The notes under the pieces are model-generated. The model saw only the letters and a list, made by a program, of their open reading frames with translations, was not told the DNA's origin and did no database searches. A DNA stretch of 64,000 nucleotides, taken from the NCBI GenBank assembly GCA_050613775.1, contig JBODTK010000001.1, forward strand, positions 1,488,001-1,552,000, in the 5' to 3' direction. The stretch's first letter is position 1. The number at the start of each line of letters is the position of its first letter. Source of the stretch: Neocallimastix sp. 'constans'. Taxonomy: Eukaryota. Positions 40,428-53,900 of the stretch are shown here, in pieces. The position numbers and the translations under genes were made by a program.

Positions 40428-41195
40428 GGCAGCAAACTTGTTTCATCTTTATTAATTAAATATTTGATAAAATACATGTAATAAAAAAAAAAAAAAAAAA
40501 AAAAAAGATAAAAAAAATAAACAAAACAAAAAAAATAAAATAAAATAAAATAATGGTATAAAACATTCTAGTTTCATTTAATTAATATCTGTAAGACTTC
40601 ACAAGGGCATTATTATACTGAAGTATAATAATTAATTTTGACTTCACAGTGTTAATCATAATTTTAAGGTACAAAATTATGATCTTCATTGGTTGCGCTA
40701 GCCCTGCTGGCCTGTCTTACTGTTTCTTCAGCATTGACGCTCTTGGTAGTAGTAGTAGTACGATTCGATTTGAACCTATTGAACAAAGACCATTGCTGGC
40801 CAATAGCAATAGGTATAATCGATTGAAGAAAGTGCCGCAGTAACCACCAAGAATGGAGTATCAGAATAAGCACCTGATTTCATCTGGCACTTAAATAGAT
40901 CCTTCCATTCCCTTGTACTGTTATTAATACTTCGACCTCCAAGAAGGAAATTAAATACTTTTTCACACACACTAGAATCAACATACACATTATTTTCAAT
41001 ACTGTTACTAACATTACTAATAATATTATTACTATTATTACTATTACTATTATTACTGTTGCTATAATCATTATTACTATTAACAATATCATTTGTTAGG
41101 TTGCCACAGTTAAAAGCATTATATAAAAATAAAATTTTATCATTAAATTTACTACGAATATGATATAATTATTATTAAATTGAAAAATTAAATTG
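40385..41195 (-). mobile_element. 5'-truncated LINE of a related subfamily, tail-to-tail with the first LINE
   Basis: Poly(T)40 at 40385-40424. Peptides FNFLLGGR..REWKDLFK..YSDTPFLV and SVNAEETVRQASRASATNEDHNF are homologous to the first LINE's C-terminus. 23-bp TSD TAATATTTTTCAATTTAATAATA at 40362-40384 and 41196-41218. Confidence 0.88.
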
Positions 41196-41676
41196 TAATA
41201 TTTTTCAATTTAATAATAATTATAAAATAAAAAATTTTAAAAAAAAAAAAAAAAAAAATCATGAAAATAAAAATTTACTCAATATTTTTAATTTTTTTTT
41301 TTTTTTTTTTATTAAAAATATAAAAATAATACCTAAAAATGCTTATATCAAAATTCATATAACATAATACATAATATTTATTTATTTATTTTTTTACTTA
41401 TATTATTAAATATATTTTTAATTCATAATTAAAAAAAAAAAAATATTTACTCTATAAAAAAAAAATCTTTATATTACTATTATACATGATATAAAAAAGT
41501 GATTGGAAAATTTAATAATGAAAAAAAAAATATATATGATTATTATATACTACTTATTATTATTATCAATTTTTTTTTTATAACTGGTTATATATATAAT
41601 ATTTGCTAATTATTTTAATTAGTTGGTATTATTTTGTAAGTATAATAATAATATTAAAATTTATTACTATTTCTCC

Positions 41677-41745
<69 letters not shown>

Positions 41746-41842
41746 TTATTATTATTATTATGACTATTCTTTATCAAGAATCAAAATTATTATATAGATA
41801 TATATAATATTTAGTTCTTTTTTTTTTTCTATATACTATTTC

Positions 41843-42817
41843 TTATTGTTCATCTCCTTCAGGAAGGGCATTCTTCTTAAGACTGACATTATTATTATTA
41901 TTATTATTATTATTTTCTTGATCTGCATTACTTCCTTTCTTATCAGTACTTGTTGGACCTTGCTTCTCATAAGGTATTTCAGAGATAATATTAATATGTA
42001 ATTTCCATAACTTCGGTGTGAACATAAAGACAAGAATAATATCTGCTGATAGAATAATCATAAGTGATTGAATCAGGAAGAGAGTAGTATGATCAAGACC
42101 CTTAATGTTAACAATAAACATTAAAATAATCATACAAATCACAATACCATAAATAGAAAGACCAATAACTTTAGATTCATTATATTCAGAGTAGACATTC
42201 TTAACCTTGTAGGCAAGGTAACAACCGTAAACTAAGGTTAAACCATTAATGACAATTAAAGCTGTTTGAATGTATTTTCCTAAATCTTTATTGTTTTGAC
42301 AAACGTAGTAGTGCATTTCTTTAGATACCATTTTAACTACAGGCTCCATACCAGCGGCAATACTCCATATAGTGACAAGAATTAATTCAAAACCGAGAAG
42401 AATACAGAGATACATGATTAAGTTTGAATCCTTGACTTGTATGTTGACCTTATCAAAAATAACCTTAATTCTGAAGGTTTTAAGAAGAAGAGAGAAGAAC
42501 GTTAAGCCGAAAGTAAATACAAGTACATAAGGTCTTAATATACAAATAAATTTGGTTGGTTTTCCAATGTAGGTTAAGATACTACAGAATGCCAAAATAA
42601 TACCAACTAACATAGTAATTAAGAAGAGTGGTGATGATCTACGAATTTCAATAAAGTTTCTATGTTTAACCAAATAGTAGGTTACAACACAAGTAATAAT
42701 AATTTCGATGGCAACAATAATGATCATTATAATGGTTGTTGGACTTCCAAATTCAACATATTTATCTTTATTATTATATTAATTCATTAATTTATTAATT
42801 AATTAATATTGATGATT

Positions 42818-42860
<43 letters not shown>

Positions 42861-43221
42861 ATATAAAATTCGAAAAAGTAAAGATAAATTAAAAAATAGT
42901 TTACCTTTAAAGTAATCTGCAAAACTATTCATAAGAATGTCTATAGTAACAATTTCTTTTTCTTCTGATATAGTAGAAGAGTCATATTCATCAGGTTCAT
43001 CATTTGATGACTTAAAGAATTGTTTTGCTTTTTCAAAAAATTCAGTTAATTTTTCTAAAAATTCATCTTGATGAAATATACTATAGGTTGGAATGATATG
43101 ATCCACAGCAAGTTCTCTGAAAAAATCACATCCAATTCTATTACAGTATTCTGTATTATTAAAATTATTTTTTTCCTCTTCACTAACTGTTTTATTTTAT
43201 TATATTTAATTATTATTTATT

Positions 43222-43261
<40 letters not shown>

Positions 43262-44360
43262 TTTTATTTTTAATATTTATTATTAGTTATTGACTATTAA
43301 TTGACAAATCTATAATTTTTTATTTTATTTTATTTATTTTATATATTTTTATAAATACCTTCATCAATTAAGGAATGATATGCTGGGATATCATAAAATA
43401 TATTTTCACTATCTTCAATTAAAAGTTTCATGAATTCTTTTTCTGAAAAAGTTTTTGCTACAAGAATAGAATCATCAAGGTAATCACTTTTAGAGTTTGT
43501 TGATACACAAATATATATACCTTTATTAATGGCTCTTGATTGGTTTGCTGTTTTTGAATGTTTATCATATAACATTTTTTTTATTCCAAATGAAGCATTA
43601 TCATTTTTTCCTTTTTTACGATTAAATGAAGTTGTAATGTTATAAAGAAAACTTGACCAATTTCTCATATAAACAGACTTTCTTTCATTAAAACGAATTA
43701 CACCATATTCAGAGTTCAAATGCCAGGCATATTCTTTTTTTTATTATCATATAATATTTATTTATATAGATTATTAATTATTTAAAGAATTTTATTTTAT
43801 TTTATTTTATTCAATCTGAACTTCAATATTAATATTTCTACCATCTATTTTAATAAATTTTATATTTACATTTCAACTATTTATTTTATTTTATTTTATT
43901 TTATTTTTTTTTAATTTTATTTTATTTAATCGGTACTTTATATTTAATATTTTACTATCTATTTTATTTCATTTTATTTTTTTTTTTATTTTTTTTTATT
44001 TTTTTTATTATTGTTCATCATAATTTTTTTTCTTAGTATTAAATCAATTATAAATATACAAAAGAAAAAAAAAAAAAAATTTTTTTTTAAGCAATTAACA
44101 ATAATTATAAAATATGTTTATTCTTACCATCAATAATTTCATTATCAAATAATTGCTTAAAAATTTTAATAGTATTATAAGTTTCCTTTTCTACAACTTC
44201 ATAATTAATTTTTTCTCTGGTGTTTAATACATTTTCAAATAAATTATAAAAGAATTCACGAAATTCTAATATTATTAATAAAAATTTTTAAACATTTAAC
44301 AAAATATTAATTAAAATAATGTTGTTTATAAGTTTATTTTATATAATCCTTTAACTTTTT

Positions 44361-44393
<33 letters not shown>

Positions 44394-44481
44394 CTTTGTA
44401 TTTATCTGTTTTATTTTTATTTTTAATTTGTATAACTATTAAATATTAAATTTCTTTATTTCTTTTTTATTTTTTTTATCT

Positions 44482-44518
<37 letters not shown>

Positions 44519-45859
44519 CGACTCTTATATTATTTTATTAGAAAAGTTCATAAAGTATAAAAAATAAAAACAATGCATGTAAGCAAATATACATATATAT
44601 ATTATTTTTATACTTGATGAACTTTTCCAATAAACTTTTTATGTATTACTATAAAGAGTTGGAGTTATTTAACATTTGTAATTAAAATTATTTTTACTTA
44701 TTATTACAATTCGTTTTTAAAAATTTACCATTAAATTGTCCAATGTAAATAGTATTTGATACTGAGAAATCTAAGTCTTCTCTAAATTCATCCAATGATT
44801 TTAAATCATCCCATGAATCTGGAGGACTAACATTTATATCTTTTCTATAATATAAGATACCATAGTCAATAAATAATGGCTATTAAATATAATATATTCA
44901 TATGAAAAATAAATAATGAATTATTATTTAATATATATATTGATATCGTTATAGTAAATACATTAAAATATGTTTTTTACATATATATTTTATTATTTTA
45001 TAAGTTATTTATTATGTGGTGTTAAATTATATATAAAAAATATAAAATAAACAAAAATTCAATAATCAAAGAGATAAATATATATATATATTTTAATAAC
45101 TTACAAAAGCTTTTACTTCGACTTTATCACCAATTATTATATCTTTAATTAATTCACTATATATTTCCCCATCAATTGGATCATTCATACGATCTATTAG
45201 TGTTTGATTTACTTCTTTATTATTTAAATAATTAATTGATGTTATACTATCATAAAATTGGTCATATAAAGCCGGTTCTACCATTGCAACATCACATTTA
45301 TATAATGATAAACTTTTGACATAATCTTCTATCGTTTGATAATAACTATATTCTAATCTATTTCCCCATTCATTTATATTTATGACTGTTTCAAAGGCCC
45401 TATTAAATGGTCCTTCGTATTTCTTATATTTTTCAGGAAAACATAATTTTATTGTATATGCAAAAGTACATTGAACTAAATTATAATTTTATCATAATTA
45501 TTATTATTATTATTTTTTTTTTTTTTTTATTATTATTTTTTCATTGTTTGTATATTTGAATAATAATAATAATTTGATTTATAAAATTTTATTCCGATTC
45601 CCGTTTGTTGATATTATAAATAATACGAATAAAATATATTTTATATAGAAACAATAATATATATATTAATATTAAATCATATAAAATCATTTATATATCT
45701 TTTATTATTATTATTATTATTACTATTTTTATTGTTTTATTTCTCTATTTATTTCATAATATATATTGTTCTACTCATTATACTCATTATTTTAATTCAT
45801 TTTTGACAATATATACCTAAAACAAATTCCAACACAAAGTAACTTATTATCCTTTTCAT
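41843..45859 (-). CDS. Class C (7tm_3, GABA-B-like) GPCR with an N-terminal bacterial-type sugar solute-binding protein domain
   Basis: Exons 45859-45817, 45475-45105, 44879-44729, 44265-44128, 43733-43359, 43186-42905, 42765-41843. Signal peptide MKRIISYFVLEFVLVQCTFA. SBP motifs PLFIDYGILYYRKD..PPDSWDDL and FNERKSVYMRNW. 7TM motifs IRRSSPLF, LLKTFRIKVIF, YNESKVIG, FTPKL. Confidence 0.9.
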
Positions 45860-45994
45860 TTTTTTTTTAAATATATATATATATAAATCTTCGATAAATA
45901 TTAATTACACGGATATGTATAAAATAAATATTCTAATTATAATAAATAAATATATATGTATTAAATAAACCAAATTTAATTAAAAAATAAACCA

Positions 45995-46045
<51 letters not shown>

Positions 46046-46652
46046 GCAAAATAAAATAAAAATAATAATAATAATAATAATAATAAAAAAGGTTGTATAA
46101 TATATTAAAAAGAAAAAGATAATAATATTATAAATAATAAATTATAATAATAAAAATAAAAAAATAAAGATGAGAATGAGAATAAGAATAAAAAGAAAAA
46201 GAATAGCAATAATAGTATTATGATTAGGGATAAAAATAAAATATGATAAATACATAAAAATAGAGTTAATTATTAGATTATCATATCATAATCATATAAT
46301 TTAATCTTAATAATAATCTTAATATTATTATTATTATTATTATTATGATTTTATTTTTTTGTTGTTCCCTTTTTTTTTTTTTTATTTTTATTATTATTAT
46401 AAATTCTAATAGCATCACTCCTTGAATAAAATAATTTTATTCATAATTAAGAATGTTTATTTAAATTGTAAAATTTAAAAATTATTACTAAATACTATTA
46501 ATAAAATTTAAGTATATTAAATGTCAATATTTACTTATATAATTTTTCATTAGTTGTTTTAATCATGAATTCTATATATTATATTATTTATTATAAACTT
46601 TAAAAATTAATATATACATAATTCTTTTTTTCATTTAATATACATTTGAGTC

Positions 46653-46685
<33 letters not shown>

Positions 46686-47710
46686 ATTGCAAGATTTCTT
46701 ACAATAAAAGCTTAATTGAAATTAAAAAAAGAAAAAAAAAAATTAAATTTCACTATAAATAACTATTAATAATTTATTTTATTATATTTATTGTATAAAA
46801 TACTATATATTTCTCTTTCTTGTTTTCTTTTTTTTCGTTTATAATTTTTAAAGTTATTAGAATTTTTTATTTTTAATTTTTTATTTTTTATTTTTTTTTT
46901 AAATATTAAGTTTAAAATATAACAAAATTTAAAAAAAGTTTTTTTCTATAAAATATCTATTATTATAAATTTAATTTTCAAGTTAAACTTTATATTTTCC
47001 TACCATTCTATCTTAATATTCTATCTTTATATATATATATATATATAATTTCATATTACTCAATAATTTAATATCATATTAATTTATAGAATTAAATTAT
47101 TTATTTATTTAGTTATCTATTTATTTATACATTATAGGTTTATTTGTTTAATTATATATTTATTTATTTATTTTTTATACATTATTATATAAAAATAACT
47201 ATATACTATATTATTGCTTTTATTTGCTTTTTATAAACTAATATTTTATAATTATTTTGAATATACAATGTAAAATTATTTTTATATTTTTATATTTTTA
47301 TATTTTTTTTAATTCTCTTGTTTTTAATTTTGTTTTTAATTATTTCTTTAATTTTAAATAAAACATAGTAAATAACTCATATAATATTGACTTTTAAAAA
47401 AAAAAAAAATAACTATTAAAATTTAATAAAAAAAAATTTTTATATTTTATTTTATTTTTATTCTCATTTTTTTTTATTTTTATTTATATTTTAATTAATA
47501 TTTAAAACGCCTTACATGTTTTATTCTTACAATACTACTCCTTCAAAATTTTTGAAAAATAGTGATTGAATTTTATCTAATATATATGATTTGTAATTTA
47601 AAATTTATTACCATTTTTATATAATTTGATTTAATATATCATCAAAGTTTATAACCTTAATAGAAAAAATTTATGTATTAATCATTAAGTTTTAAAATTA
47701 AATACATATT

Positions 47711-47744
<34 letters not shown>

Positions 47745-49363
47745 CTTTTATTTCATTTCATTTTGATGATATATTATTACTCTATGATTAAATTCATTTA
47801 TAATAATAAAATATATTTATATTAATAATATACAATTAAAAAAGGTTACTTTATAACATTAATTTTTAATTTATTAAAATTTCTTTTAAATTTATATACA
47901 TTAATGAATAATTTACTACTAAATTTTTAATTTAATTTTTCATTTTAAACCATAATTTATTAATAGAAAAAAAAAAAAATAAATAAATTTTTTCTCGTAA
48001 TTAAATTTTTATATTATTTACAAAGCAAAATAATAAGATAATTTGATTATAAAAAAAAAATTAAATATTGTTAATTTTATAAGTATCAAAAAAAATTATT
48101 AAAAATGTTAAAATAAATCAAATATAACTATTAATAAAAAAAAAAAATCAGTTCTTAAATAATAATTATAGTCATTATAAAAACTTTTCAATAATCATAA
48201 TAATGATTTTATTATTATTTATTTATCCAATCCAATAGTGATAGAATCCAAAATAATTATCTAACTATATATTATGTATATATAAAAGTATAATTCATCT
48301 AAAGAAACATAATAATTCATTATTTTTATTTTTATATTTATATTAAATAATTATATCAAGATAAAATAGAAAATTTTAACTTCTATATCTTAAATTGAAA
48401 TGCTAAAAAATAAAATATTCATGATAAATAATATCTTGGAAAAAAAAAATAAATAAAAAGTATTATCTAGGTAAACTTTATAAATTATAAAAAAATTATT
48501 TTTTATAAAACATATATATTAAAAATCAATAGTTAGTATTAACCTAAAAAATCAAATGGAATATTTTTAATATAATAATCATTAATAATGTTAAATTGTA
48601 TAAAAATAAAAAATTATTGAATTTAAAATTTATTTATAAAAAAAAAAAAAAAAAAGAAATTTCCATTTATTCATTTAATTAATTAATGATTAATTTATTA
48701 ACTGTTCATGGTTATTTCATTGATATAAAATTTGTGATATTCATTAATTATCTCCTAAAATATTGTATAATGTATATTTTTTTTATTATTATTTATTATA
48801 AATAATAATATTACATTATTCATGTATAATGTATATTATTAATTAAAAATATTAAATCTTTTCTGAATAATTTATATATTACATATATATAAAAAAATTA
48901 TATTAACAATATTTTAAGTTTATATTAACTTAAAAATAGAAAAACAATTATTCATAATTTGTAAATTATTCAATATAAATAGTAAATATTTTTAATATCA
49001 CTTTATGGTTATTAATTATATGAAAAGTTCGCTTAATATAGAGTTTTTAAAATAATTATTTAAAGATATTTAATTATTTTTTTTTTTAAATTGATTTATT
49101 TTATTTATTAAAATAATTCAATAAATAATTATATATATATTATATTATAGTATCTATGGATTACAATATTTTTATTTATATCATATTAATTTTTCTTGGT
49201 ATAATAAATATTAATTTTTAAATTATTTTAAATAAATTTATTTTGTTTTCCAAAAGTGAGATATTATAATTATTTAAACTATTTAAAAAAATAATAATAG
49301 AACTACAAAAAAAAAAAAAAAAAGGGGAAAAAAAAAGGGGAAAAAATCATATAAATGACTAAT

Positions 49364-49402
<39 letters not shown>

Positions 49403-50397
49403 CCATATCAAATAATCATTAAATAAATCTTACTCTAATATAGTATTAACATTTTTACATGATAAAATTTGTTTTTTTAATTATTTTGCATATATAATTT
49501 TCTACAATTAGATAATTTCTATGTTCCATTCTATTTTATTGTTACATTGAAATAATAAAGATTGGAAATATTATTAAATTATTATTAATGAATTATAATA
49601 AAAAAAAAAAAAATAAAATAAAATAAGCATTAATAAAAAAAAAAATAATAAAATAAAATAAAATTGTTTTAAATAAAGGATTTACAAAAATATTATATTA
49701 TATGAAATTTTTAACTATATACATGTTCATTTTAATATATAAAATAAATATTTCTTTAGATTTTTCATATAAAGTATTAAAAATAATTTTTTTTTTTAGA
49801 AGAAAAAATAAAAACAATTATTTGATCATAATATTATTATTAAGTTTTTAAAAAATATTTTATTTTATTTTATTTATTTTTTTTTTTTTTTTGCTTTCTT
49901 TTATATATATATATTATTTTTAAATAAATCTTACATATTATTATTTTTCCTTTTTTTTTTCTCCCAATATTATAAAAAGATGGAATAAAAAATAATAATA
50001 AAAAATAATAATAAAAAATAATAATAAATAAATAAAATAAAGTTAAAAATATAATTAACAGTAAATTAATATAAAATATTAAAGTAAATAAAAATAAAAT
50101 AAATAGTAAAGCAATAATAAATATGTGGATTATTAATAACAATAATATAAAATAAAAAATAAAAAAAAATAGTTAATAAATATATAAATATTGAATTGAT
50201 GTACGGATGGGAAAATATATTGAATTTGTTGGGTATAGAAACCATTAAAAAAACATGAACGAAATGAAAGCTTAACCATGAAATGCTAAAATAAATCACA
50301 CTGGCAAAACTGTAAACTTGCTTACTTTTAATATAACAGCTACGAATGAATTTCAATTGTTCAAAAAATATTCGATTCCAATATATATTTTTTCTTC

Positions 50398-50451
<54 letters not shown>

Positions 50452-50637
50452 TTAATAGAATAATTCTATCATATCTTATTAATCCACAGTACAGGTCATA
50501 TTATACATGAATATTTTCAAGGCTTTTATTATAATAACAATAAATAAATAAAAAAAATATATTGATAATTAAACATTTATTTTTTTTAAAAAATTCTAAT
50601 TGTCGTTTTTAGTGATATAATAATATATTAAAAATTT

Positions 50638-50682
<45 letters not shown>

Positions 50683-50896
50683 AAAAATATAATTAAATGT
50701 TAAAAAAATAATTAAAATATCAATCAAAAATCTTTTTTAATTATTATTATTTATATATTATTATAAATAATATATAAATAATATAAATAATATATATTAT
50801 TATAATTTTCATTATTATTATATTTATTTATTTATTGCTGTTTACTAATAAATTCTTTCATATATGTATACATATATAATATATTTTTAATTTCAA

Positions 50897-50958
<62 letters not shown>

Positions 50959-50977
50959 ACTTTAAAAATAATATATA

Positions 50978-53900
50978 TTATTTTAGGTGATAAGATTTAA
51001 ACAATTTATCATATTTGCTTTGATTTTTAATATAAGAAAAAATAGTCTTTCCTTCACTATTGGTTATGGTAGTATCAGCATTATAAAACAAGAGAATATT
51101 TACAATATTAAATTGATTATGTATACCTGCATGAATAAGAGCAGTATTAAAATCATTATCAAGTTCATTGATATCTTCTATACCACGTTTTAGGAGATAT
51201 TTCACAATATCATCGTTACCAATGATAGAAGCGATCATCAATAATGTTCTTCCCTGATTGGTTTTTAGGGTTGGATTAGCATTAAATCTGAATAAACATT
51301 CCATCATTTGAATATTTCCATTACTACAAGCATAATGAAGTGGAGCATAAGAATTGGAATCAACATGATTAGGATCAGCATAATGCATTAATAAAATATT
51401 GACACAACGAATATAATTATATTCAGAAGCAAGAATTAATGCTGTCTTACCATCAGCATTAGTTTCTTCAATATATGGGGTATAATCTAAAATGCATTCT
51501 AAAACCTTTTCATAGCCATTAGCACTAGCAATAATTAAAGGTGTTTCATGATTAACTGGTGTATATTGATTTACAGAGACCCCTCTTTCTAATAAGAGTT
51601 TTACAATATTAATATTATTGTTATAGGTAGCAATAATAAGACAAGAAAATCCGGTCACTGGATCAACAGAATTAATATTACATTCATTTTTATGTTCTAA
51701 TATATATTGAACTTCATCATTAAGATTTGCCTTAATGTAAACAAATAACATATCTTCTTTAAATACATAATCCTTATCATAAGAGAGATATTGGAATAAA
51801 AGTTTAGTAATTTCAATCATACGTTTTGAGAGATCTAATTCATGATCATCTTGGTTATTATATTTTAAATTTAAAAAATCTTCAATACTATGAAGAAGAC
51901 ATCTTCTTTCCTTATCAAAATCAATCAATATTTTTAACTTATCGAGTTTATTTTGGTTTATTATTATTTCAAATGCCGATTCACTTTTATCATTTCGAAC
52001 TAAACAATCAATTCCTGGATTCAAGGAAATTAAGCTGGTAAAAACATCAATATTATCTTGTCTAGCAGCGACTAATAATGGAGTATCACCATCTTTATTT
52101 TTAGAATTGACATCAATAGGATAGTTTGATAAGATATTAATTAACTCTATATTTCCATTCATACAAGCCAAGTGTAAAAGGTTATTTCCTTCTTTATTTT
52201 TGGTATTTACTTCTATCCCATGTTGCATTAGGAAATTTATTACACGTAGATGATTGTTTTTACAAGCAAGAAGCAATGCTGTATTATCATTTCTATCCTT
52301 GGCATTGATATCCGTAATTTGATCGATAATTAATTGGACCTGATCGTATAAACCATTTTCACATAAATACATCAATGAATTCTTACCATGCCAACTCGTT
52401 AAATTAACATCTACATTATAATTTAATAAATATTTCATAATTTCTATATTATCAATTTTACAAGCCGTCATGAAGGCGGTTTCATTCCAAGTACCGTAGG
52501 TTTTATTGACATCAGCTTGATGGTCAATTAAAAATTGTATTAACTCCATATTTTGATTTTCACATGCTTGCATGAGTACACTCTTCAAATTACTATTTCT
52601 ACCATTAATATCAGCATTATGTTCAACGAGGGCTTCCACCAACCTTAAATTATTTCTTTTACAAGCAATAAATAATGCTGTTTCACCATCTCTATTTCTA
52701 TTGGTTATGATAACTTGATGCTCTAATAGTAATAAGGCCACATCAGTGTGGTCTTTATCAATAGAAGCCATTAAGGCGGTATTACCAAATTTATTTGAAT
52801 CGTTGATGGAAGCATTTCTATTCAATAATTCTCTAACAATTTCAATATCACCACATTCAGCAGCAGTGATTAAAGGAGTATTCTTTCGCATATTGGTTAA
52901 ATTAATTTGAATAGTCTTTTGATTCAAAAGTTCTTGTGCTATATCCAATCGATGATTAAAACATGCAATAATCAATGGGGTATTTCCATTAAAACATTTA
53001 TAATTTATATTTATAGCTGGGTATCTTAATAAAAATTGTACCATTTCTAAATTTTTCTTTAAACAAGCCCAAATCAATGGTGTTCTTCTTTTATCATCAA
53101 ATCCATTAATATTTGCACCATGTTTTAAAAGTTCTTCCATCATAGGAATATTTACTTTATGACATGCAATGACTAATGGTAAATTACCATCATGATCTTT
53201 TATATCAGTATTTGCTCCAGCTTCCAATAATATTTTAACAAGTTTAATATCATTATTATTACAAGCAATAATTAAAGGGGTCTTCCTTTGGTCATCATTA
53301 TCAAGAATATTAACATTAGCATTTTTACTTAATAATAATTTAACCACATCATAATTTTTTTCCTTACAAGCAAGTAATAATGACTCATTAATTGTATTGG
53401 CTAAAACACCATAATGATTCAATAATAATTGAAATATTTCTTTATGGTTACTATTAAATGCAATATACAAAGGAGTTCTATTTTGTTTATTGTGAATATT
53501 AATATTGGCATTAAGGGAAAGGAAAGCGTTAACTATATCCACATTACCATGTTTACATGCGAAATTAAAAGCATACCAATTATGATTAGTTTCACCTTTT
53601 ATTGTTTGGAATGCTTGAGGATTCTCAATAAATTCTTTAGTGATGATGTTATTACCATTATCATATAAAATAGATAAAATTAATAGTAAGTCTACATCAA
53701 TTTCCTGATTATTTAAAATTATTTCATAAAGGTGTCTATTGGCTAAAGTATTTTCAACATTTTTAATGATATTTGGAATATCTAGAGAAGATTCAACTTT
53801 AATATTTGATACTTTATGATCAGTATCAGTATCAATATCAATGTCATTATCAACAGCAGTAATAGTCGTAGTAGTAGTAGTAGTATCAATATTCATGATT

